Shown: piece after piece, positions 37,151-48,840 of the stretch
Layout: each line of letters begins with the position of its first letter
How positions within the stretch are numbered: the first letter of the stretch is position 1
Assembly: GCA_013265495.1 (NCBI GenBank)
Contig: MU062470.1
Span: forward strand, 806,001 to 870,000
Reading direction: 5' to 3'
DNA: 64,000 nt
Source: Vicugna vicugna
Taxonomy: Eukaryota
The notes under the pieces: generated by a model
What the model was told of the DNA's origin: nothing
Databases searched by the model: none
The model's input: the letters and a program-made list of their open reading frames with translations, nothing else
Program-made: the position numbers and the translations under genes

Positions 37151-38050
37151 CTTCAGCAGAGGAGACCAGGCATCCTCGCTTCCGCAGCAGCGATGCCGTG
37201 GACAGCTGGCTTTCAGCGATGCCTGCAGTTTCCCCCTGAGTGGAGTGGCTCTGCGCAGTGCCGCCTGTTTTCAGGTGGGCTTGAAGTGGACCTTCGGCCA
37301 CCTGCAGGCTTTTTGTCTGCTGATGAACGACAGATGTGTGTGGAGTCAGTTGGACAGTTGAACCTGCTCTTTGACTGAATTCATTTAAACATCCTACTCC
37401 AGCTAAATGTTCTCATGCTAAAACCAGATGCAGCGCCAGTCACTGTGAACGGAAAGTCACTGCCTAAGTAAAACCTAATGATAATGACACTTAAATAGTA
37501 TGTTCTGAAAAACCATCCTGTTTTTTATCCCCTTTCTTTTCCTCTCTCTCAGCTTCAGAAAGAGTCATGTGCCCAACACAGACAAGAAGGACTAAGTCCA
37601 GCCCTCAGATTTCCCACAGTCAAAAATGGGCTGGAAACCTCATTCCAAGACCACAGTTTTCTCCACAAAAACCCAACCTCAGCTCTGAAAAGACTGTCGG
37701 AACCCCTCTCAAACGGTCATACTGGGAAAAAAATATTCCTCTGAGAAGCGATCAAGTACTTTGCTACGGGAGCTAAGACAGAATACATACACTATGTTCT
37801 CTTTTTTTTTTTCAAGTCTGGGTCCCACACGTCATTCCTGGTTAGCAAGACCATCTATCCAATACACACATTGATTTTGTTCCTAAAGTAACAGTAACAA
37901 AAATAGATGCAAAAATTACGTGTGAAAATACTGGCCCGCTGAAATTCACCCAAAACTTCCGCTGTATTCAGGATGATGGTTTTCAAATGCAACCAGTAAG
38001 AAAAATGCAAGCACATGAGCCGTCGGGACCAGACGATTATCATGAACAGC

Positions 38051-38822
38051 ATTTATAGAAAACGTTATTGAAGTGAAATTCACGTAACACAAAGCAGCCA
38101 CTTTAAAGTGAACAATTCTGCGGCACTTAGTACATTGACAATGTTGTTCAACCACCACTTTTATCTGGTTTTAAAGCATTTCCATTGCTCCAGAGTAAAA
38201 CCCTGTACTTACTACACAGTGACTCCTTGCTCCTGGCAACCACCAGTCTGCCTTCCGTCTCTACAGATTTCCCAATTCTGCACATTTCATATAAAATAGA
38301 ATCATACAATATGTGATTCTTTTGGATACATTCCTAGGAGTGGAATTGCTGGGTCTATGGCAATTCAATGTTTAACTTTTTAAAGAACCACCAAATTCTC
38401 CTACACAGCAGCTTCACCATTTTACACTCCTACCAGCCACGTACAAGGATTCCAAGGTTTCCACATCCGAACCAACGTTTTTTGTTTTCTTTTTTTTTTT
38501 TTTTATTACCGGCCATCCTCGTGGGTGTAACGTTGTATCTCCCTGTGGCTTTGATTTGTTTTTCCCCAGGAACTAATGATGTTCTGCATTTTTTCAGGTG
38601 CTTGTTGGCCGTTGTGTCCCTTCTGTGGGAAAAGGTCTGTTACTGCCCTTTGCCCACGTGTTAATTCGGTTACCTGTGTTTTGTTGTTGTTGAGTTGTAA
38701 GCTTTCTTTCTATTTCCTAGACACCAGACCCTTCTTAGATACATGACTTGCAGATACTTCCTCCTGTCCTGTAAGTTGTCTTTCTCCTTTCCTGATAATG
38801 TCCTGTGACGTATGGAAGTTTG
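38051..38822 (-). mobile_element. L1MB-like 3' portion (ORF2 C-terminus and 3'UTR) with an internal deletion
   Basis: Antisense terminus ttattgaagtgaaattcacgtaacacaaa. The reverse complement of 38500-38822 aligns to the ORF2 C-terminal region (KDTIK...EWEKIFANH...MRYH type). Confidence 0.9.
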
Positions 38823-40060
38823 GGAGGCAGGTGCGTCTCAGCACAAGAGAATCAATCAATGTTATAAATGACACCCATAAAAATGAAGGGAAAAATTCAC
38901 ATGATCCTCTAGTTTGACAGAAATGCAGAAAAAGCATTTCACAGCATCAACATCATTTCATAATAAACACTCAGAAATGGGAATAGAATATCATGTTTCC
39001 TCAACACGACAAAAGGCATCTATGACAAACCCACAGCCAACACTGGGCTGTGGTGAGCGATAAGCAGCCTCCCCCCAGGACAGGAATGAGCCTGGGCCCC
39101 TGCTTTCGTCATGTGTCCAGGCTGGTGCTAGCACTTCTAGCCAGGTCAGGCAAGGGAAGAATAACGAAAGCCATCCAAACTGGAAAAGAAGTAAAACCAT
39201 CTTTATTAATGACGCTACGACCCTATATATAGAAAATCCCAAAGCATCCGCACAGAAACTAGAGCTAACAGATGATTCAGCAAATTGCAGAGGACACGAT
39301 CCACATGCCAGTATCCGTGTTCCTGTGCAGCAGCGATTACCATCCAGAAAGCAAATTAAGAAAGCAGGTCTATTCCCAGCACCATCCGGAGAATAAAACA
39401 CCTCAGAGCACATGTAACCGAGCAGGTGAGCAGCTCCTGCAGTGAGGCTGCGAGGCCTTGTTCTAGGAAATCAAAGGGACCTAAACAAACGAAAACGCCC
39501 CACACTCATGGAGGTGGCAGTGCTGCCTGAAGTGACCTGCAAACCCAAGGGACCCCGATGAAAAGTCCAGAAATGGCGAGTGAGCCCACCAGACTCACGC
39601 GGAGCCACGAGGGCTCCGAGCACCCAGACAATTCTGGAAGAGAACGCAGCTGGACGACTCATTCTTCCCATTGCAGAACGTGCCGCAGGACACAGTGAGC
39701 AACACACCGCGGCATTGGCAGGGGGCAGACACGTAGACCAGCGGCGCAGCCCCGACACCCAGAGGTCAGCCGTGCCGCACGGCCGCCTGGTCCTGCCAAG
39801 GGAGCCGCGAGCTCTCGTCCGAAGCATCGGGAGCCAGTCAGGAGTGAGCGCTCCCCTCCCTCTTGAGCTCACACCTTATTTCAGCATGATCACCGTGATG
39901 GTTCATTAAAACACCAAGGTTTTAGAGGTGATGGGGAGTAAGACGCCCGTGAGAGGCTTACACGCTGAACTCACAGACGCTAAGTAACCAAGAAAGGCAC
40001 CAGACCTGGAGCCTGGAGGGTGAGCCAGGTCTGCCGGGCACGCCTCCTGCTCTAGACGAA
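38823..40060 (+). mobile_element. L1 ORF2 RT-region fragment, inverted relative to its neighbour and GC-enriched
   Basis: aatcaatcaatgttata...aatgcagaaaaagcattt...tatatagaaaatcccaaag...ctcacaccttat are degenerate ORF2 landmarks in the correct order. Confidence 0.8.
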
Positions 40061-41800
40061 CGGCGGGAACGCCAGCCGTGCAAGCCGGACGCGAAGCCAC
40101 GTGGAGGTGAAGGGTGACCGCCGACGGCCGTGACTCACACGAGAGGAATGTGGGCCTCGTGCTTGTGTGTAACGCCCCATCAGACTATGTCACGTGCCCC
40201 AAACGGAGGAGCAGCACATCTACACGGACGGACCGAGTCCCGGGGCGTAAGGGAGAGCCGTCCTTGCCTGATTCGGCCCCTGCCCGGCGTGTGACCTTAC
40301 GGACACGGTGCCTGGCTGCACCCTCAGGGGCCGAGGCCAACCACGGGGGCGGCCTGGCACCGGAGCCCAGGCCGCACCGGCCCGGAAACGGTTCTCAGAA
40401 CCTCCCACACCCTCTCCCTTTCCAGCCGGCCAGAGACGCAGAAGACGGGGCTGGGGGAGCTGAGGGCAGACAGAATATTCTGGAAGGTTCCAAGGGTCTG
40501 CATTCCTGGCCAGAGTGGAGAACCGGGCTCCTTCCTGCCGCTCACGCCTTCCTCTCTGGCAATCCGCCTTCTCCTGGAAGAACTCAGGAAACAGAGACTA
40601 GTTCTTGTCTGGGCAACGAAGAAAACTCTATAAAACGTGAAAAATGGCGCCTACCCCGATGGCGAGGGACTGCTGAAGGTGGGGGGACGCCTCGTGTTCC
40701 CGTCAAAGCCACGGTTCTTACCTCACTTATTCACAGCGTCAGGGTCGCAAGGAACAAGCTCCTCCTGAAGCCTGAGGGAACGCCCGTCCCTCACGCAGAC
40801 GCCGCCACCGCAGCGAGACCGGAAAGCGTGTGGGCGCTTCCTGGGCTTCAGGCTCCGGAGAAAGGCGGCGCCGCAGGAAGCTTACAGGACGCCCTTCGTG
40901 TTGGGCCTCGGAGAGCGGGGAAGCCCCGGCCTCGGCGGCCCGAGGCGCCCCGGGCGCGAGGCTGCGTTCGCGGAGCTCCGGCTCCGGCAGAACGGCCGCC
41001 TCCCCGTGGGCCGCGAAGCCGCGAAGAAGGCGGGCCGGGAGCGGCCCCCACCCCCCGCCGNNNNNNNNNNNNNNNNNCGCCCCGCCCCCCGGCCGGCGCC
41101 CCCCGCTCCCTGTCCCGCCAGGACCGCGCCGCTCTCCGCACGCGGTGAGGGGCAGAGCCTGGACGCCGCTCCCCGGACACCGACGCGTGGAGATGGGCCT
41201 GCCGCGTCTAGTCTCTCCTCCTCTTGGGTTTCCTCCCCGGTTTACCGCTCGTCGCACGCCAGGAAGGCCGCCACGGCGCCCCACCCCCGGCCTTCAGCGT
41301 GTTCGCTTCGCCCACGTCACGCAGCTTTACCAGACGGGCACCGGGTGCCGAGCGGTGGGGTCGCCCCTGGAAACCGAGTCGGACGCGAAGCCACCCAGCC
41401 GGCTGGTCGGGCCAAGGGGCCGGCAGGCGCACCGCGGTCTCAGGCCACGCCTGCGTGAGCGGCCCCCGGGCCTCTCTGCCCCCGCTGCGCGGCCCCTCCC
41501 CACGCAGGGCAGTGTGCGCTCCGGGGCCTCCTGCCCCCGCCCCGCGCCAGGCGTGCGGTGCCGGCGGGGGGCGCTCCCGCTCGCCGCCGATTTACCCATC
41601 AGGCCTTGGCTCCGACGACGCTTCACCAGGAAGCCTCTCCAGGCCCCTGAGCCCCTCACCCCTCGTCGCGTGCCCAGCCTGCGAGCGCCGGCGCCGCCAC
41701 AGCGTCTGCGCACAGCCGGCCCCGGAGGCTGCCTGGGAAGGGGGAGCCGGGGAGCGCCGGGGAGGAGCTCCTGCCAACGCCTGAGCCCCCACGTCCACAC
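40000..41800. promoter_or_regulatory. Major CpG island, probable bidirectional promoter
   Basis: Highest CpG density in the window, with GC boxes around 41078-41105. Outward-facing donors: minus GAG|GTAAGA at 40721, minus TGC|GTGAGG at 40794, plus GCG|GTGAGG at 41145. Confidence 0.7.
41061..41077. other. Assembly gap (17 N)
   Basis: N run inside a C-rich tract. Confidence 1.
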
Positions 41801-42179
41801 CCGGGTGCCTCCTAGCAGGGCACAGAGTTCCCTCAGCAACAGAGCTCCTGCAGTCGCAAAGGCCTGTGGGAGCCTTCCCAACATGTTAGCGGGTGATGTT
41901 TACCAAACAATGCTGCTGTGGTTAAATAAACCTGGGAAGCGCTGGTTTGCACAAAATGATGCAGAAAGTCTCAGAACCTTCAAAATACTAATATTCAAGG
42001 GGAACCCCCAAAAAGTTTCTGCGTGAAGAATTGTCCAAGCTTGCTTGGGCCAAAGCGTCCCTTCACATCCATTCAGTAACTGCTTACTGGCCACCTGCCC
42101 TCTTCTGGGTGCTGCTCGTGGGCCTGAGGACCAACAGTGATCGAATGGGGTCCTCGCCATCAAACACGGACTGTTCCAC

Positions 42180-42560
42180 CAGGGGACCAACTATAAACAA
42201 CCAGACATACAGTCAAATGGACAGAGGAGTGGAAGTTTAGACGTCCCTCCAGAAGTGCTGTTAAGAAAATAAAACATTTAATGAATTCATGATGGGAAGG
42301 GATGGCTCCTTTAGAAAGACTGATCAGGAAAGTTTCAACAGGTACATGAAGATGAAAAAGAGTCTGTAACACAAAGACCTAAGGAAAGAGTGTCCCAGAA
42401 ATTGGAGCTAACAGGTGTGATGCCATCACGGTGTATTCAAGGACAGGAGGGAAGTTCGAGGGGCCGGAGCCTGAGGGGCAGGGAGAAATTCTGGGGGGAG
42501 GTGGGTCTGGGAAGAAGGCTGGCTGGGCAATATGGGGCCAGGTGGTCCCAACTCAACACT
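42180..42560 (-). mobile_element. L2 fragment
   Basis: Purine-rich antisense L2-like text (gatcaggaaag...ggaaagagtgtcccag...tgtattcaaggac). Confidence 0.55.
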
Positions 42561-42606
42561 AATTCAAATGAAAATCATGAAAGGCTCTTAGATGATCTGA
42601 ATTGCT

Positions 42607-42660
42607 GTTTTTTTTAATTGAAGTATAGTCAGTATACAATGTTGTGTCAATTAATGGTGT
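42607..42660 (-). mobile_element. Ultrashort L1 3' tail
   Basis: ttttttaattgaagtatagtcagtatacaatgttgtgtcaatt is the antisense L1 terminus. Confidence 0.8.
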
Positions 42661-43221
42661 TTTTTTAAGATCATTCTGGTGTCTTCTTTTACCGTGTTTA
42701 AATGTATTATCAAAGAATCAAAAGAACATTCAGACAAATTAATGAAGAACAAAGCAAAAAGTGATGAAGATTAGCAATGAAATCAACAGAAATTATTCTG
42801 ACATTAAGAAGTAAATTGCACCAACCATGACAAAAATTTAGATCATGCTGAAAGCTGAAGCTAGAAAGAAGAGACAAATTTCAGAAAGAAATAAGGAGCA
42901 GCTTTTTGGGTTGTATGATAACCACTTCATAAAAGAAAGTAAATCCTATAAACATGTTCAGAAAAGATTTAAATTGCTTGCTTCCATCGAGCAATACAGT
43001 GAAAACTCACAATGTGCTGCCTCCGTGAGTGAACGGCTTGAATTCTCACCGCTCACATAGAAGGATGACTCCACAGCGTGAGGCTGACCAGATTTGACAA
43101 CAATCCTAGAAGCGTGCATGTTGCCAGTGATGCTCTGTGAGGCTCCAGTGACTGCTCTAATTTATCTCAGTCAACCATGCTAGGAGACAAGATGAATTCT
43201 GCTTTCTTATTCTCTCTGTAG

Positions 43222-43301
43222 AAATTGGCTTTTTGAATTTGTCATCCTGTGCCAAGTCGGAGAACAAGAAGCCAGGAAATCCTGGGGGAAGTGTTACAAA
43301 G
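43222..43301 (+). other. Candidate internal exon (80 nt)
   Basis: Acceptor GCTTTCTTATTCTCTCTGTAG| and donor AAG|GTACAT. Confidence 0.28.
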
Positions 43302-45348
43302 GTACATTAGACATGAATGGGCCATATTTTTCTGGATTTTATAATGTCTTCATCAGCTTTAAAAACGTTGTAACTTCCGTCTCTCTAAGCAAATATTTGC
43401 TTTGGTACTGACTATAAACCTTTGTATCGTTTATCTTAAAGAGGGCTTAGAGAAGCGTGGGTCTGCCCAGCAGGGAGGTGCGACACAGTCTGGCATCGCC
43501 CAGGAGCTGGAAGAACTGCCCACGGATGGGGATGGAGAGGTGAGAGGACCACTGCTCACAAAAGGAAAGAGAAAGGATGAAATAGCAAATCACAACTTGA
43601 AATGTCTGAATACCTTGTCAAGATTTAAAGCTACTTCTAAATGAAGGAACAGGTCAAAGAAGACAGCAGAACCATTGGAGGTTTAGCAGATGGCATGGAA
43701 CAGGCCTAGAAGAAAGACCACGCAATTTCCCTCGTGGCAAGCACTCAGCGCACGCTGGAGGCGTTGTGATGTCACCTTTCCTTTATAGTTTCCACACGTT
43801 GTATCATGAGGATCATTCCGGCTGTATTAATTAAAGTGCTATTTTATATTCCACTGGCATTTGAGGGAAATCACAGGAGAAAAATGTCACAATGTGTAAA
43901 TCATGATTCCAGGAGAGCTGGTTTTGCCCGGAAATTTCATACCCAGAGGTGAAGCAGTAAAATGATACACAGATGAGTTCTGAGACTTTGCAGAATTAGA
44001 TCATAAAAAGCAATTTCATAAAATCCAACTTGGTATAAAATGTGGAACAAAACAAGGACATCCCTAGTGTCCCCTATGCCCCTTAGCGACACCTGGGTAC
44101 GTGGCAAGGCCCTTCTCTAGTCTTGCTGTGGCCCGAGTGGCTGGAGAGCGGGGCCCTCCAGGGCCGTAACGCTCTCAATTCTCTTGAGAGGCTGTGGGTG
44201 GGTGGTCTTGTCAACTCCCTGGGCCCCGAACCACCGTGGTGGGCCCGATTCCATGCCCCTCTGGGCATCGCGATGGCCCTCCTTCCCCGCATCCTGGGCC
44301 CCAGCCACCTGCCCTGTACCCTGAAGGTTTAGCGAGCCCCACCCTTGCTCCCCAGCCCGGAACCATTCACTCCTTCACCATCTCCCACAGGGGTTACTCC
44401 TCACCTCCGCACCCACACGCAGGCAGTGGGACAGAAAGCCCCTGTGCTCCTGCGGGATGGAACACGAGCACGGCTCCCCCGGGAGACGTGCAGCCAGCAT
44501 AGCCACCACTCCTGGCAGGTTGCTGGATCTTTGCCCTGCTCCGTCTGCAAACTTCCCCCGGCCCCACTGTGGTTCTAGTTCAGAAAGGAAACACGGGGAC
44601 CCACGCTGACCTCCTCTCTCCACCCCATTCCCTCTTTTTTCTCCCATCAGCCACGTGGCCAGAACGAGAGGAGGCCTCTTCCTCCTGCGTCAGGGAGGTC
44701 CTTCCAGCTCATACTCCTCCCCTCTCCCAGGGGAAGTCACTCGTCGGGACCCCCGTGGGCCTCTCACTGTCGGGCAGGGAGATCCTGCGCTCCCTCATCG
44801 ATGTGAGAGCACAGACCAGAAGAGACTTCCGAAGCCTTGTGGCTGTGCGACGCAGACGCACCCGCCGACCGGACGCGTTCGTCCGTCGGAGACCCCCCTC
44901 CCACGCCCGCGCGCCGGAGCTTGCGCTCCGCCAGGCTCTCCAGCGGCCATCGGAGCGGCCGGGCTGCTCGAGGTGCGTGCGTGCGTTTCAGCCTGGGGGG
45001 CGGTGAGAATTAATAGTGAGATAAAATTAGCAACAGGGGGTTTAATAAGAATACACATCACATTGTCGTTTTCCCTCTGTAGGAAGACCAGAGGCGTGTT
45101 CCAACGTTCATCACTAGTTAGTACCGGGTTTCGTAAGGTCTTTTGCTGTCACCCCCTAGTTCATTCTGCCTTTCAGCAAGAAATTTAGGGTTGGCTGCAA
45201 TGGTTGCCCCGCCCTTACATGTAAGAGATGGAGCAGCGGTTAATTAGTTGACTTACCTGGATACCTGTAGGCTACGTTGGCAAAGCTGTGTCTTAACAGG
45301 GCCTCCAGCACGGACACCCCAAAGGATGGAAATTCAAGAAACCCTATT

Positions 45349-45362
45349 CCAGCAGGGGGCAC
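45349..45362 (+). promoter_or_regulatory. CTCF-like motif
   Basis: CCAGCAGGGGGCAC matches the CTCF core consensus. Confidence 0.5.
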
Positions 45363-46063
45363 CAGCTACATTACAGATTCGGGTCCGCCCTCACTTCCTG
45401 CCGGTGGAAATCCCACAAGATGGTAAACCCAAGAAGAGGATTGACTCCGCGTGTCGTGCCCATGGCAGCCTGCCCCCGGAATCTCCGACACACAGCACAG
45501 TCCTGGGGCTTTAAACAGACTTCACAAATCAAAAGACACCTTCCTAGTGTGTCTTAAAGTATTCCAGACAGGTTCTGACTTCCAAAGCTCAATCCATTAC
45601 GACGCCGAGAGTCTCACAGTGATCGCTTCCATCTTTTGGGTCTTAAGAATCTGGGGGCCTCATTTTAAAACGAGGCTGTAATGAAAGTCTCTGGGAGAGG
45701 CGCCTCACCTGGCAGACCGCTGCAGCCAGTGCTTGGGGAGGCCGAGTGTGTGGTCGAGGCTGGGACGGGGCGGGGTGGGGAGGTGGTGGCGGCAGCAAAG
45801 CCAGCGCCCGCTGCTCACCCCACTCAGGCTTGGGTCTCGAGGTTTGTGAGTTCCAGGCTCTGGCCTTTTCAAGTCCTGTAGGTCATGTGGTTTAAGGAAA
45901 AGTTGTCAGACCTGAGTTCAGCCGCTGAGCCCACCGGGAGGCCGCAGCAAGAGCCAGCAACATCTGATTCTCCCACTTCCGTGAAAAGGCGGGCTCCGTC
46001 ACGCTGCCCAGGTAGGCAGATAGACACAGGAGCCCACACAGCATCAGAAGGCAGTAGCAGGTG

Positions 46064-46227
46064 AGTGCTTCTCCAGTTTTGACGTGAGCACAGCCCACTT
46101 GAGGAGCTTCTGAAATGCAGGCTCTGGTTTTGCAGATCAGAGGATGGGCCCGTGATTCTGCACTTCTGAAGGGCTCCCAGGGCAGCCAGTGTGGACGGTC
46201 CCTGTGGGACATCTGCTGAGTAACAAG
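46064..46227. mobile_element. MER5B-like hAT element
   Basis: agtgcttctc...gattctgcacttctgaagggctcccagg...gagtaacaag. Confidence 0.7.
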
Positions 46228-46819
46228 ATGCTAGGTGACAGAGCCTCCCCCAGACGGGATCCTTGGTCCTCGGCTCTCAGAGACGTGTGCTGAACGCATC
46301 CCAGAAGTCACCCAGATTCCCTCTCCCTTTTCCAATGAAAGACATTTTCAAAAAGAAGTCTCATGGAAGCAAAAGGCTTAAAGGACCTAATTCAGCTCCA
46401 AGTGAAAGGCAATGTCCAACACAAGAGCTGTTCCTGGTTCTCTTGCAAGGTGACGGACACACACAAGTCCCTAGAGACATGAAGGGATACTTTGGGAGGC
46501 AAGAAGCTGAGACCTCTGCATCTATGGGGCCCTTTTTTTTTTCATCTAGAAAAGCAATAAAGCAGATGTCCAGCTTTTATTTTGCTTTATTTGTTCTGTT
46601 TGATAGAAATAACCCCTAAATATTACATTACTCCAAGCAGATTCAATAGCCATATTGGAACGTTTATGCTGGCCTAAATCCTCAAATAAAGAATCTGTAC
46701 ATGGGGCTGCAGGCGGGGGAGTGGGGAAGGACGGAGGAGAAATATTCTAGCAGGGGGAGGATGGAGCAATCATGACACATGTCAGACAGCAGATTAAGCC
46801 TGGTCCATCCACCCAGTGT

Positions 46820-46950
46820 CCCCGTGGGGCAGATAACGTCAGCTCCACTTTACAAAGAAGGAAACCAAGGCTCAAGGAAGTTGAGCAACTGTTCGAGTTC
46901 CCACACCTGTAAGCCATAGAGCTGGCTCGAGCTGAGGTCTTCAGATTCTA
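46820..46950 (-). mobile_element. MIR SINE fragment
   Basis: ccactttacaaagaaggaaaccaaggctc...gttgagcaact. Confidence 0.7.
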
Positions 46951-47510
46951 TTTCCTGTGATTTCTCACTTTACCAAAAGCACTTCCTTGGAAACCAGCAT
47001 CACAAACTTTCAAGGTGTTCCTACATGTCAAGACCAGACAGCCCGTATGATGTTGGTCATCATTTAGGTTACGTTTCAAGAATCCTTCTCATGTTTTCTG
47101 TGTGTCCCCACACATCTGAAGCTGAATCTGTCCTTTTTGGTATGGTTTTGGTACCATTAGACTAAGCGTAAAGATACACGTACACTTTCCTCCACAGTGG
47201 TCAAGTGCGTTAAATCTACTGAAGAGCTTGTGTTGAGTCGGACACCTGCTGGGTGCTCACAGCATGGAGAAAATGAGGAAAATTAAGGCTGCTCATCCTT
47301 CTATACAGAGCAAACGTGGACTCCTGATAACCTGCAATAACACCAAAAGAAAGGGGTAACTTTCTCCTGATCCACCCAAAGATGTGTGTTCTCTTTCCTC
47401 GCCCAGGTGAGGGGCACTTGAGAGCAGGTGAGAGGTCATGCACTCCAGGAGCACCGGATCGCTTACCTGGAGGCTGCCCCAGTCCTAATGCTGACATCTC
47501 CCTGGGCCAA

Positions 47511-47692
47511 CAGTCCTCCAACCTCAGGATCCATCAGCATCGCCCTGTTCTAACATAGATTAACAGGGACACCCTCGGAGTTTCTGATTGAGTGGGCCTG
47601 AGCTGGGGCCCAAGAATCAGCCTTTCTAACAAACTCCCAAGTGATGCTGATACACTGATGCAAGCGGTTGGGGCCACCCTGAGGGCCACAGG
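47511..47692. mobile_element. MER5A-like hAT element
   Basis: gagtttctgattgagtgggcctgagctggggcccaagaatc...tttctaacaaactcccaagtgatgctgat. Confidence 0.85.
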
Positions 47693-48042
47693 CTTCAGCT
47701 GCGTGGTCCTGTGGATGGAGCCAGGAGATCAGTCCCAGTAGGCCAACCTTTCAAGTATGTTTATACACTTTTCCAGGAAGAGAGTCCACATCTTTAATAA
47801 AGTTTTCAAAGAGCTTTCACACTCAGTAGTTAAAAACTAAAGCAGCTAGAAGAACATCATCAAAACCTTGATCCTAAGTGAGCAACCCAGGACAAGTCCG
47901 CCTTACTCCACAGCACGTGCTGTTGTATGTGAGGGGTTTTAATACATTTCAATGGGAAGCAAGGAAAGGAAAAAAAAATTGTCTCTGGCCTCATTCTCTG
48001 CATCTTTATTATTGCTAGAGAAAGAAAGCTGGAAGTTTGTCT

Positions 48043-48068
48043 CACACACACACACACACACACACACA
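48043..48068. repeat. (CA)13 microsatellite
   Basis: Directly visible. Confidence 0.95.
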
Positions 48069-48352
48069 AAATCTATCTTTACGTGAGAAGCACTCATAGA
48101 TTTGGCAGGAACTGGCAGTTTCATTTCCCACATGCACAGCAAGGTACATTCTTCTTCTCTAGCTTGATGTTTAACCGTCAGCTGTTGCTGACTGTCCTTG
48201 AAGGCTGTACAGATAACCTGGAGACTTTTTATAAAAGCTGCGCTTTATACCAGCAGACTCTCTCTGCCACGGTGGTAACCAGCTCCCTGTAGTGGTGAAG
48301 ACTCCTTTCCTGAATTCCGGAGGGTGATGGTCAGATCTCTGTGAGGGCCACC

Positions 48353-48405
48353 GTGTGTGTGTGTGTGCACATGTGTGTGAGTGTGCACGCACGCGTGTGT
48401 GTGTG
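48353..48405. repeat. Imperfect (TG)n / alternating purine-pyrimidine tract
   Basis: Directly visible. Confidence 0.9.
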
Positions 48406-48806
48406 AGCTGTGACTGCGAACAGGCCTGGAGGAACCAAACCAAAGCACCTTCCAACACTATGATTTGTGCTCTGCAAACACTCCAAGTGGATCAACCACA
48501 TGGCAAATTCACTAAGTGATGCGGGGGTTGCCTCTGTGAGAAAGATAAGAAAACCAGCCGCGCCACACGTGAGGACCGGCGGTGGCCGCACTCTGCAAAG
48601 CAACGTGTCTCATGCTTAGTGATCAGTGCTGCTCCCCAAGGCCCTGCCTGCTCAGTAGCTTTTTAACATGTGATGGTCTCTTCTTAGCAGCCAGCGGCAC
48701 ATCTCCTCGCCCTCCTTGATGGCGGAGACCACGCGTGACACACTTCTGTCTCCCCCTGCTTTCCACGGGGGCTCAGACGCCCGGAGGCCACGGAGTCAGG
48801 GCAGCA

Positions 48807-48840
48807 GTGGGGCGTGGGGCATGGAGCGTGGAGCGTGGGC
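48807..48840. repeat. Five imperfect 7-bp tandem units (GTGGRGC)
   Basis: gtggggc gtggggc atggagc gtggagc gtgggc. Confidence 0.75.

Noticed and set aside
40114-42026. Long ORFs 40114..41148 and 40830..42026
   Set aside because: Arg/Pro/Gly/Ala-rich translations typical of stop-poor CpG islands. They have non-ATG starts, cross an N gap, overlap L1-derived DNA, and show no recognisable domain.
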